Assembly: GCA_001244265.2 (NCBI GenBank)
Contig: CDLV01000012.1
Coordinates: forward strand, 620,001-684,000
DNA: 64,000 nt
DNA from: Microbotryum violaceum
Lineage: Eukaryota
Reading direction: 5' to 3'
Below, one piece after another: positions 54,101 through 64,000 of the stretch. The first letter of the stretch is position 1. Each line of letters begins with the position of its first letter. Under the pieces are notes generated by a model. It was not told where the DNA came from and made no database searches. It saw only the letters and a program-made list of their open reading frames with translations. A program made the translations under genes and the position numbers.

Positions 54101-55468
54101 GAGGTGTGCTGATCTGTGCCGGTGATGCCACAGAAATACAACAATACGCTCGAGACGCTGGATTTGAGCTACAACCCCTGTTGTGGACCTAGCCTCGAAG
54201 GGGTACGTCGTCGGGTCCAGCCGGAGCAAGCCGATTTGCATGAACGTAGACGACTGACCCTTTTTGGGACCGTAGATTACCTCCCTTCGAACGGCCATCA
54301 CCATCAACTCGAATCTGAAACGGGTCTTTCTCAACCATACCGACCTCACCTCGGAGGGAGCGATCGCACTCAGTGAATTCCTCCCCGAGGCGCGATCGCT
54401 CATCCACCTCGATCTGACGGGCAATAACAGCATCGACATTGCCGGCGTCATGGCCTTGTCGGTGTCGGTCAAGATGAACACAACCTTACGATGCCTTGAC
54501 CTCAACATCCCGCCGAATGACCCCGACTTTGCTCGATTGTCGCAGGACATCCTTCAGTGCTGTATCCGCAATACCGAACAGGCGCAAGAGGAAGCCGCTT
54601 CGGGGGGCAAGACGATCACGATCGCAGCGCCGATCTTGAAGTCGGCCGTGGCGAGGGACCTCAAAGAACGCCAGGAGGCGCAGCAACGCCAAGAGCGACG
54701 CCGGGAGATGCAGGCACGATCCAAGGACGAGATCGTGCAGGCTGCTGAAGGGGTGAGGGACGTCCTGGCGGATATGTTGGCCGTCGATGAAGAGTTGGCC
54801 AGGACGGGGGTGATCGTACAACCTGCCGAGGTCGTACGGGATTCGCTCGTGCAAGCTCAACTTGCTGAAGCGCAGTTGGCCGAGGCGATCGCGGCGACGA
54901 GACCCGGTGATCAGAAAGGTCAGTTCGAGTGTCCGAGACGCAGGGCCTCATCGTTTTGCCGATCTGACGAATTGTATTCGTAGATCGCGCCGTGCTTCTC
55001 GGAGACGCCTTGTCCGCCCTGCTCGATCGGGCCAAAGCACTGTACGAACCCAAGGTCGCTCCCTCAACTTTGCAGGTTACACCCACAGGTACCGTCGAGG
55101 CTGAGTCAACTAACTTTGTACTCGACGATTCCGATTCCGAGGATGACTATTCAGCGCCCGCGACCTCCAATCCTGAGACAGGGGATGCTACCTCAAAGGC
55201 GACCGACGTTGCCGCCCCGAATGAAGATGCCGTAAACGACGACGACAACGAAATGTCGATCAAAACGCCGCTCGAATTCCAATCGCGTTCGCTGACGCTC
55301 GAAGAAGGCGAAATCTTCCGCAAGGGTTCCGCTCTGGGAACGGGTCAAGTCGACGACGACGACGACGAATTGGACCACGTTAGCGGGGAAGAGTTGAAGA
55401 AGGAGGTCATGGAAGCGACGGTCGAGAGGTCTTCTCGGGGAAGCTTCGAGGAGCGACCTAGTGTATAA
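51178..55468 (+). CDS. RNI-like LRR protein, MHP1/PPP1R37-like putative PP1 regulator, multi-exon
   Basis: GILK and KRVRF motifs, YAECCRTREE, and LRRs (LKKLVLENCGI, LKRNRTLKVLNLSENKI, LETLDLSYNPCC). Confidence 0.8.
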
Positions 55469-55813
55469 CGTGTGCATGTGTACATAGATGTCGCAGTGAG
55501 ATGCATAGACGTATCACTTTCATTTTCCTTCTTTCTTTGCAAGTCGTGCTCTGAGTGTACAACCGGGTTTTCCTCTTTTGCGTCGTCGAACACTTTGCGC
55601 AATGACCAGCACTTATTGATGACGCTTATACAAAACTTTGGCTGCACTCGACGCGAGAGAAATTCCTTCATGTCACAAAAAAAACTGATGGCAAGCAGAT
55701 CAATAAAGCACGATTACTGGCACACATCGTTTGGGGACACAAGCGTTGAACAGAAAACTAAAATAGCAGCTGAGGTGGGACATTCACCTCGTCAAAACAA
55801 CACACAACACTCC

Positions 55814-58408
55814 TCATAACCCAGCCTTGTGGTTCCTGATGCGCCCATGTCGTATCAAGGCGTCCTTGCGTGAGAATGATCCACCGCACTGCTTGCAGAT
55901 CCAATCGTGCTTTTTGCCCGCTTTCCCACCCTCGCCATGAATTGTCTCGCGATGCCGAGCCAAGTCGTATGGTCTTCGGAAGACGACGCCGCAGATCGAA
56001 CCGTCCGGCATCTTGTGCGAGCAAGCGAGCGACGAGCTCGTGGTTGCGGTCGTCGAAGCCGCCGAGGGAATCCGAGCGGAGGGGACACGACGCCGACGCT
56101 TATGCGGTGCTGCGCTCGCGCGGCCTCGCTTCGTTGGTGCCCGAGGGGGTTTCTTGGTCGAACCGTCGGAATCTTGGAACGAGGCATCGTCGACGGACTC
56201 GTCGTCATCGTCGTCACCCTCGGCGTCCTCCATGTCGTCCTCCTCGGCAGCAGGACTCCGACTTCGCTTTTGTTGCGCTGAAATGGATCCGCGACCGTTG
56301 CCGGGCGAGGGAGCATCATTAACAGTGTCCATTTCTCCAAGTGCGTCCGCGATATCGTCGCCTCCGACAGGGGCCGGCCGCAATGTCTCGAGGGTCCTCT
56401 GCGACGAGCTTCGCATCGGATGAGGCGGAGGTTTGGCCCAGGCCAGGGCCGGAGCCGGTATCGACGAGGTCGCTTCGTTCGTCAGAGCACTCGGAGGTGG
56501 GGGCGGTGTGGACGAGACCGACGCGGTTCCGAGCGATACGGGTCGGTCCGTCAGCGTCGAGGTCGAATGAAGCGTCTCGTCGATCGTGGCCTTGACAGCT
56601 TTCGGGACGGTGCCGGGTTTGTCCTGGCCAATGGACGCCTCGTCGTCATCAAAGTGGCCTACGACCTCATGATCGCTCCCACCCGTCGACCGTGCGTACA
56701 CGCTGGGCAGGCTGTGGCGGTCGTCCTCGTCGCTGTCGAACAGTTCGGCCGCGGCGGATCGGGCGGGTTGCTTGCCAGCGATGGTACCGCTACCGAATTC
56801 GCCAGCTCTGTTCGACGGCTGGAGATTTTTGTCGCCCTCAACATCACCGTCGCCGTCGCCGTCGCTACTCTCCCGCTCGTAATCGTCGGCGGCATCGTTC
56901 GACTCGTGCCCGGCCTGGCGCTCGGCCCAGCTGACAGCATTTTGGGGTACGGCAAAGGGGTGAGGCTTGCGCGGGAACAGCGCAAAGCCTTGATTATGCC
57001 GCGGCGAGGTGGAAGGAAGACTGGTTACGTTCGGTGGGGACGTATGCAGCGAAGTGGGAGCGCCTTCGGCGGACCTGGAGCCGGTAACTGGGCTCGAGGC
57101 CGGCCGGGGCACCGACGACGCGACGGTAGGCAGGGGGGCAAACAGCGAGGCCCCGACCCCGAGCCCAAAAGACGACGAGATGTTGTTCCCGAGGCGGGAG
57201 TTGGCGTGGAGACGGTGGTCGACGTCCTCGTAGTCAAGAAAGGCCTCCTGCGGCGAGACGGTCTTGCGAGCCATCTCGTCGTCGCGCGTACTGGAGAGCG
57301 GTTTCGACACAAGCCGAGTCCCCCGATGGGGCGAAAGATCGTTCATGGTCATGATCTGATTCGGCGGCGCAAGGTCGTGTGTCGAAGGACCGCCCGAGAG
57401 AGCGAGGGCGCGCAGTGGCCCCTTGATCGAGTCGAGATCGACGCCGTTGAGATCGCGCTTGACGCGGTCGAGCAGGTCCTGTTGCTCGTGCAAAGACAGA
57501 GGGTGGTCGACGGAGGGGGCATAAAACGAGCTCTGCCCTGCTTCTTCGGTCGGACTGGGGGTGAAAGTCGAAGCCGATCCCAGTTGGGAGAAGGTGTAAG
57601 GCAACGTGCCCACGGGTGCGAAGCCTGGCAGCTGCGGATGCAGTGACGACGATGACGAGGAGGGCGCCGCGGTGACAGAGGCGACGGCAGCGGCGACGAG
57701 GGCGGGGGCGTTGGGGGCGTACACGGAAGATACGAACGATCCTTGCTCGCTCCACTCCTGGGTGCGGCGCCGTCTCGGTTTGGGGATCTCGCCGAGTGGT
57801 GGAACCGAAGCCGAGCGAAAGTCGTTGCGCGCCAGCGAGTCGGGCGCTGCCGGCGGCTGCTGGGGCTGCTGCTGGGGAGGAGCCATGACGGCGACGGCTT
57901 GGGCCCCAGCGACGGCGGGGTGGACAAAGCTCGAGCGGGGGCGAGGGCCGGGGCCGGGGCGACTCGACGATGACGATGTCGAAGACGGCGGCGGGGGAAC
58001 GAGGAACGTCTTCGGCGGTGGCGGTGAAAAGGAGGAAGGCGAATCCGGTATCAGATCTGGTACAGGTGGCCAGTCCGCGGATGACGAAGCAGGTGGGCTG
58101 CCGCCGCGTACCGTAACCCGAGCACGATCTCGAGCACGGCCACTGCTAGCCGAGCTGGGCGCGGCAGGGCGAAGTCCGTCGAGGATCGGATCCGTGCCGC
58201 TGAGGCTCCCGCCGTTTGTTGAACGGAGGTAATCAAAGTCCAAGTCGAACGGCGGAGGCGCGGGCAGCAGGGTCGGGTTGGGGTGCGCTGGCAGTTGTAT
58301 CGGAGTCGGTTTCGCGTAAAATGGCAGTACGTCGCCGTACTGGCACGCGTCGTACTGCTGCAGCTGCGGGTTGTTGTTCTGGTAGAAGTCTCGGAGATGG
58401 GGCTGCAT
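55814..58408 (-). CDS. Intronless C2H2 zinc-finger transcription factor, Rpn4-like
   Basis: 864-aa ORF. C-terminal fingers CSHKMPDGSICGVVFRRPYDLARHRETIH and CKQCGGSFSRKDALIRH. NLS HKRRRR. Confidence 0.85.
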   Translation of the reverse strand: MQPHLRDFYQNNNPQLQQYDACQYGDVLPFYAKPTPIQLPAHPNPTLLPAPPPFDLDFDYLRSTNGGSLSGTDPILDGLRPAAPSSASSGRARDRARVTVRGGSPPASSSADWPPVPDLIPDSPSSFSPPPPKTFLVPPPPSSTSSSSSRPGPGPRPRSSFVHPAVAGAQAVAVMAPPQQQPQQPPAAPDSLARNDFRSASVPPLGEIPKPRRRRTQEWSEQGSFVSSVYAPNAPALVAAAVASVTAAPSSSSSSLHPQLPGFAPVGTLPYTFSQLGSASTFTPSPTEEAGQSSFYAPSVDHPLSLHEQQDLLDRVKRDLNGVDLDSIKGPLRALALSGGPSTHDLAPPNQIMTMNDLSPHRGTRLVSKPLSSTRDDEMARKTVSPQEAFLDYEDVDHRLHANSRLGNNISSSFGLGVGASLFAPLPTVASSVPRPASSPVTGSRSAEGAPTSLHTSPPNVTSLPSTSPRHNQGFALFPRKPHPFAVPQNAVSWAERQAGHESNDAADDYERESSDGDGDGDVEGDKNLQPSNRAGEFGSGTIAGKQPARSAAAELFDSDEDDRHSLPSVYARSTGGSDHEVVGHFDDDEASIGQDKPGTVPKAVKATIDETLHSTSTLTDRPVSLGTASVSSTPPPPPSALTNEATSSIPAPALAWAKPPPHPMRSSSQRTLETLRPAPVGGDDIADALGEMDTVNDAPSPGNGRGSISAQQKRSRSPAAEEDDMEDAEGDDDDDESVDDASFQDSDGSTKKPPRAPTKRGRASAAPHKRRRRVPSARIPSAASTTATTSSSLACSHKMPDGSICGVVFRRPYDLARHRETIHGEGGKAGKKHDWICKQCGGSFSRKDALIRHGRIRNHKAGL

Positions 58409-59930
58409 GCCGTGGGTCGGTCTAGCAGGGTAAAACTACCCTGGTCAATGCGTGTTGCGAGCGATCTCTGTAACTGCACGCTCGGGCTGTCGTCGGCGTT
58501 TAGTGTTCGTGAGCTACGGTGGTCCGACGATCTCGGCCGTCGAATGCTGGGTCCAGTCGAATCGAGTCGAGTTCACTGTGCAACAGGCAGACCAGCTTGG
58601 GATTTTCCGACGATTTTCCGACCTAAAGACACCCAGAGCAGTCGCCGCAGAAGACCCAAAGTCAGCCCGGGTGTTCAAACCGAGAAACGAGTCCAATCTC
58701 CCTCCAACGTCATCGACGACGACCACGGCCACGACGACGACGACGGATCAGAGATTCTGCACCCACTCAGCTTGCCGACACCTGCCTGACGCAAAGGTCA
58801 ACTCACCTCGCACGGACGAAGTAGATGCAAGACACGACGCGATGAGAAGAAGGTGGACGGGGAGAATGCTGACAGAGACGGAGCCCAAAGATGATCCGAG
58901 GCCCGTCTATCGAATCGCAATATCCTAATTAGTACTTGCTTGCATTTCCGGACTAGACGAAACTGTGGGCTTTATCGAGTGACTGAGGGCACGAGGCGTG
59001 ACTTGGACCTCTTGTTGAATCAATTTTCGAAATCTACTGGGACACTGCAACGAGTTGGCTTTAACGTACCCTCCATTCGCGGCCGTGGGCTGGTAAGAGC
59101 TTGGTTGCTAACCCCTGTCGACGCATAAACCCAGCCCTGCGGCCGGGCCTCGTCTCTCGCCGGTCACCCGGGCCGGCATTCCTCAAAACATCGCGGCTGC
59201 AGGACCAAGCATTCGATCAAGACAATACAAGGTTTCTTGAGTGTTTGGCCAGGTCCTCGAGTTTCACTGTCCAAAGCCGGTCATCAGGCACGAGTCTCAA
59301 AAACGTTCATCTGTCTGCCATGATTAAGCGGTGACTGTCGCAGGCCGCGCCGAGCAACTGCCGAGCATTGCAGTATCCAGCGTGGCAGCGGCGCCACCTC
59401 GTAGCTTCTTCTCTCTTTGTTCACCCTGCCTTGGACTCGCCAGGTGATTGCCGTTCAAACGCAGCTTGGGAACATCGACCGAGGCGAGCGGGTATCTCCG
59501 CTTGCAAGTGGAGTGTTTCGACTAGAAGCCTAGATCGCCGGCCACCCGACTATTAGCCTCGACTCGGAGCAACTCGAGTCGTGCCCCGGAATCGGCGTGT
59601 CGTGGACTGTCGTGGACGTGCGCCAGCTTGAGTCAGGGACGGGCGCAAGACCCTGTACATCAGCCCGGCCACTACGCAGCGACCTTGGATCGAGCTTCCA
59701 CCCTTGGGATCTGATCTGTTTGCGCAACTACCCAACTACCTAGCTCTCGTGTAACCCGTCTTGCTCGTCCCTGATTCACTCAACCTGAGACTCGAAGCGC
59801 CTTGTTCTCGTAGCGAGTCGGCGCGATCGAACGGCCTTCTCGTTAAGCGGCTCGAACTCGATTCGACTCTGTGCCCAGTTGGCGCTATACAGGTTCAGGA
59901 AGATCGAGGTAGAAAACTCTTCTACAAGCC

Positions 59931-62384
59931 ATGACGGCTCTAGCGCTGACGGTCGACAAGGCGATCGCGGTCCAACTCGCTCCGCAACCCATCACCGGCT
60001 CGCGGTTGGCGATCCGGCCTTCCACCGAATTGACCGTCGACACGATGCGCAGTTCGATCGCCATGGGGAGCAACAGCAATGGCAACGAAAGTGAAAGCAG
60101 CAGCAGCAGCAATGGCCACAACAACGATCACAACAACAGCAACGGCAGTTATCTCTCCTCCAGTCCACCAAGGTCGGCGTTCAAACCCAAGGAGCTCGCG
60201 CTCGTCAGCAATGGCCTTGCCGCCTTGCCGCTTCGAAAGGATAGCTCGATCCCGATCCCAGCTGCTGCCAATGGTACCCGAGCTCGGACCACTTCGGCAT
60301 CGCTGCAACTCCTTGTGGATCCCCAATCAGCCGATTCGACCCCTTGGAACCACACACATCTAAACGGCTTGACTCGTGGCGAAGTGCCTGCATCACCGAC
60401 ATCGGGGATGGCTCCGAGCCTCTATCCAACCGACCTCGGACCCGACAATCCGAAGCCTCGCGTCAACGGCCACGCACCAACCCCGGGACCTTCGAAACCT
60501 CCCAAATTCCGCAAGTCGTCAATAGCAGCTGCTCAAAACTCGGCTGTCCCGGAAATTGCCTCGAGCTCATTGCCTCTCTCCACCGGAGCTTCTCCCATGG
60601 CCTCCTCGTCGGCGGCACCCCTTTTGACACCGTGTGATCTCCCTCGACGTCAACGAAACTCGCAATCGTCGGCCAAGCCGTCCACGACGACGTCCGAGCT
60701 GGACCCCACAGCGGCACTGATCCAAAGCCTCTATGCCCGCCTCGACGTGCAAGGTGTGCCCGGTGACGGATGGGACGAGGGTCTTGAGAGGACTCGGGAT
60801 GGGCTCATCAATCGAGAGGTCTGTGAAGAGACGGCGACGATGAATTCGCTGAACAAAAAGGGCAAGCAAGTCCTGTCGGCGCAAGGTGCAGAAGAGGAAG
60901 AGGATAGGGTGTTGAAACGCGTCGACCGGTCAGTCGGGTGTTGAGACACTGTGCGCACTACTTACCGCATACTAAACCGAAGGCCACCCCCACAGATATG
61001 GCTTCTTTTCGTCGTGCCACCCCGCAGCTCTAGCAAGTCAACACAATCGACTCGCAACCCTCGCCACTTCCGCCTTCACCACGCTCCCCTTTGGTAAACG
61101 TCTCTCGCAAAATCGATCGAAAGCGAACCGACCGACACCAGCAACGATCAATGGCCGCCATTCGTTACCCTCCCCTACGCCCGGCGACGTCGTCATGGAC
61201 GCCGAAGCGGTCGCCCTCGAGACGCGGCGGATCGACAAGTGGGCGAAGATGTTGCGTATCTCAAAAAAAGATCGGGGTAAAAACGCGATCGAATGGGATC
61301 TCGCACCCGGTTGGTGGGACGGGCGGGAGGAAGGGAAGGGCAAATACCGTATGTTTCAGCGCCGTGTCTTCAAAGGGGTTCCTGACAGGTGGAGGCGAGC
61401 GGTTTGGGGCTTGGAAATGGAACGAAGAGCGCAGGAGGAGCAGCGCAAGGGTCGGAGCGAGGTCAAGTCGTTGGAGCAGCTCAAACGCGATTACAGCACG
61501 TGGCTCGATCAACCCTCGGCGCAGGACGTGCAAATCGACCTTGACGTCCCACGGACGATCTCGGGCCACGTCATGTTCCACACGCGCTACGGTCAGGGCC
61601 AGAGGGCTCTCTTCCACGTGCTACACGCTTTCGGTCTGAACTGCGACGACGTTGGAGGCTATTGTCAGGGCATGGGCCCGATCGCGGCGACGCTGCTGTG
61701 CTACTTTGAGCCGGAGCAGGCGTACGCAGCGCTCGTGCGACTGTTTGACCAGTATCATCTGAGGCGCATCTTTGCTCCTGGGTTCACGGGACTTATGGAG
61801 ACGTTTTACGTGCAAGAACGAATGGTCGAATGGCTGATGCCGGGGGTGCACAAGGCCTTTGTAAGTTTTCTTTTCCCTTACCTTCCTGTTCCCGAGGGGT
61901 GTCAAACTAACGTTTGCAGGGTTCCACTTCACCAGACCGAACATATGATATCGACCTCGGCGTACGCGACGAAATGGTACATCACCTTGTTTGCCAACTC
62001 GGTACCCTTTGCGACGCAACTGCGGTTATGGGACGGGCTCTTGCTCGAAGGAGCGGATTTCTTGATCATCGTGGCGGTGGCGATAATTTGGGCTTTCAGG
62101 GGTGAGTGTATATATGCATTGTTGTTAGACGCTATGTTCAACGGAGAATATAAAGCTGAGCTTCACCTCCTTCTCTCCTAGACTCATTCACCTTGCCCTC
62201 GGCTTCGTTCGAATCGATCCTATCGACGCTCTCGTCCTACTTTTTCGTCGAGTCGGACGACGGGTTGCTGCGATGGATCCGCAAGACGTTGCGATTGAAG
62301 GGCGTGAGACAAAAGATGTGCGACTGGAGGGTCGAGTGGCAAGGTTTTGTCGAAAATGGGTCCGCGGATCGGAGGGTGACGTGA
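59931..62384 (+). CDS. TBC-domain Rab GTPase-activating protein (TBC1D10/EVI5-like), 4 exons
   Basis: VDR|YGF, RRVFKGVPDRWR, QIDLDVPRT (Arg finger), GYCQGM (Gln finger) and YATKWYITLF. Confidence 0.92.
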
Positions 62385-62589
62385 GGTGTGGGGCTCGGAG
62401 GCGCACGTCGCGTCGCAAGGAGCCGTCCAGCTCGGTAACCTCTGAACGATGGATATGCTTTCGCAATTTTGTGAATACGAATCTGTTGGAATTTACATAC
62501 CTAACGGTGTTCTCACGCCTCCCAATGAACTCTTGCTCTCCGCCCCGAGGTCGACCTGGGATGCCTACCAAATGGGGCAGTGCGGACCC

Positions 62590-62950
62590 TAGAAAGGACG
62601 GGCTGTCCGAATAGGACCGATAGGACCCTTCAGCCCAATGTGCGTCTCGAAAAACAGCGATTTTAGGCCGATATCTACATCGGGATAAGGTGTCTGAGGG
62701 GTCGATTTGTACCTGTTTCGAGTCGTACACTGGAAGAGCTCGGAGAACATGATATGGAAATGCCCAAAAATCGCTCTCCAGCAGCCAGAAATATGAAAAA
62801 TCGCTCCGACGACCCGACACTATATATCGTCGCGTCGAATTTGACAGCCGGCCGCTCGGACCAGCCCGACCGCTCGTTGGCTATTCTGGTGGTGCTAATT
62901 GGAAAACAAAAGAAAGTTTGGCTGAACTGAGAATTGACCTCAGTTCCACT
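62590..62950. repeat. Non-coding patch with short direct and inverted repeats, possible DNA-transposon terminal remnant
   Basis: AAAAATCGCTC twice (near 62766 and 62796) with an inverted copy AGCGATTTT near 62656, ATAGGACC twice, and hairpin GAACTGAG/CTCAGTTC at 62924-62946. Confidence 0.3.
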
Positions 62951-63001
62951 CTATTAATCAGAGTTGCTCTGACCGCTGAGCTACTCAACCAGTGGGAATA
63001 G

Positions 63002-64000
63002 ATGAATATGACGGTGCACCCGAGTCATACCGGCGGTGGTTCTACCACACATTGGGTACTAAATACGGCGCGGACTTGCGACGACCCGCGCTCGGATCCT
63101 CTCTTTCTGCGCCGACTCTCGGAATCGCAGATCGACTTACTCCAGCGACCAATCACCGAGGACGAGGTCGTGGCCGCGATCGGGACGACGCACCCGGGGC
63201 GATTGCCGGGGCCGTTGGGCGTGCCCTACGAACTCTACCGGACCGCACCCAAGGCGTGGGCCAAGGTGCTGACCAAGGCCTACAACGCAATGATAGAGCG
63301 AGGCTCACTCTCTCCCAAGCAGGGCCAAGGACTCGTGCGCCTCATCTTCAAGCGACACAAGGAGAATGCTGATCGCGCCGAACGTTCGTCGTACCGGCCG
63401 ATCACCCTGCGCGAGTGCGATTACAAGATCTTTACCAAGGTCTATGTCGCCCGTTTGAACCAGATTCTACCGGATCTCCTCCCGCCGCAGCAGCACGGAT
63501 TCGTCAAGGACCGCCGATCGGCTGACGCTGCACTACACCTTCGTCTCCTGATCGAGGAAGTTGGCGCGCGCAGGACCGAGTTCCCCGCGGCCGCACTCTT
63601 ATCTCTTGACCAATCGTCCGCCTACGACCTCGTCGAGCATGACTGGATCTTTGCCATCTTTGACGCTCTGGGCGCTCCTGCCACCTTTCTTCGCGTGCTG
63701 AGGATGCTCTACTCGGGTGACTCGACCTCGGCCCGCTACATCATCAATGGGTTCTTGACGGCGCCGGTACGACTGACGTGTGGGCTCGGCCAAGGGGACC
63801 CGGCGTCGTCGTCGGTCTGGGACATCGTGTTTCAGCCGTTTCTGGATGCTCTACACCGTCGAAACATCGCGCTGAATCTCTCCGTACCTGCACTTCATCC
63901 GTACCCACAGAGCCGCGCCATTACATCGCTTGCTTTTGCCGATGACGTTGTCGTCGCCGTCGCGGGCTTGGGGTCACTCAACTTGCTCGATGACCTGGCG
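63002..64000 (+). mobile_element. Non-LTR retrotransposon (L1/Tx1-like) reverse transcriptase, lacking an upstream endonuclease; runs off the window
   Basis: Open frame: [68 protein letters not shown] and AFADD. Confidence 0.93.

Noticed and set aside
56420-57646. 408-aa plus-strand ORF
   Set aside because: Codon-bias shadow antisense to the zinc-finger gene.
62924-62960. Helitron 3' end
   Set aside because: A hairpin is present but there is no CTRR terminus at the expected distance on either strand.

Overview
Gene-dense, intron-rich fungal genomic DNA, inferred from intron style and gene content to be a basidiomycete yeast (probably Pucciniomycotina/Microbotryomycetes-like). About 23 spliced or single-exon protein genes can be reconstructed by hand. 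In order: MRPL16, an ornithine-type mitochondrial carrier, a 2OG-Fe(II) oxygenase, an orphan, a divergent beta-tubulin, Cdh1/Fzr1, Dad1, cyclin H, Tfb1, Yak1, NADPH-P450 reductase, an Aim32/Apd1-type plus adrenodoxin-type ferredoxin fusion, RTA1, GPAT/DHAPAT, Mam3/CNNM, a Pex7-binding Pex5, an SBF/RCH1 transporter, a membrane orphan, a phosducin-like protein, an MHP1/PPP1R37-like LRR protein, an Rpn4-like C2H2 factor and a TBC Rab-GAP. The left edge carries transposon-like repeats, and the right edge an endonuclease-less non-LTR reverse transcriptase frame. The most interesting candidate is the predicted mitochondrial protein carrying two different [2Fe-2S] sites (His2Cys2 and Cys4), with the domain junction inside one exon, lying directly downstream of the P450 reductase. 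Other notable items are a cell-cycle/TFIIH gene run, GC-AG introns, a 7-nt microexon and a frame break in the phosducin-like gene. All gene models are manual, based on motif recognition and splice signals. No database searches were run.
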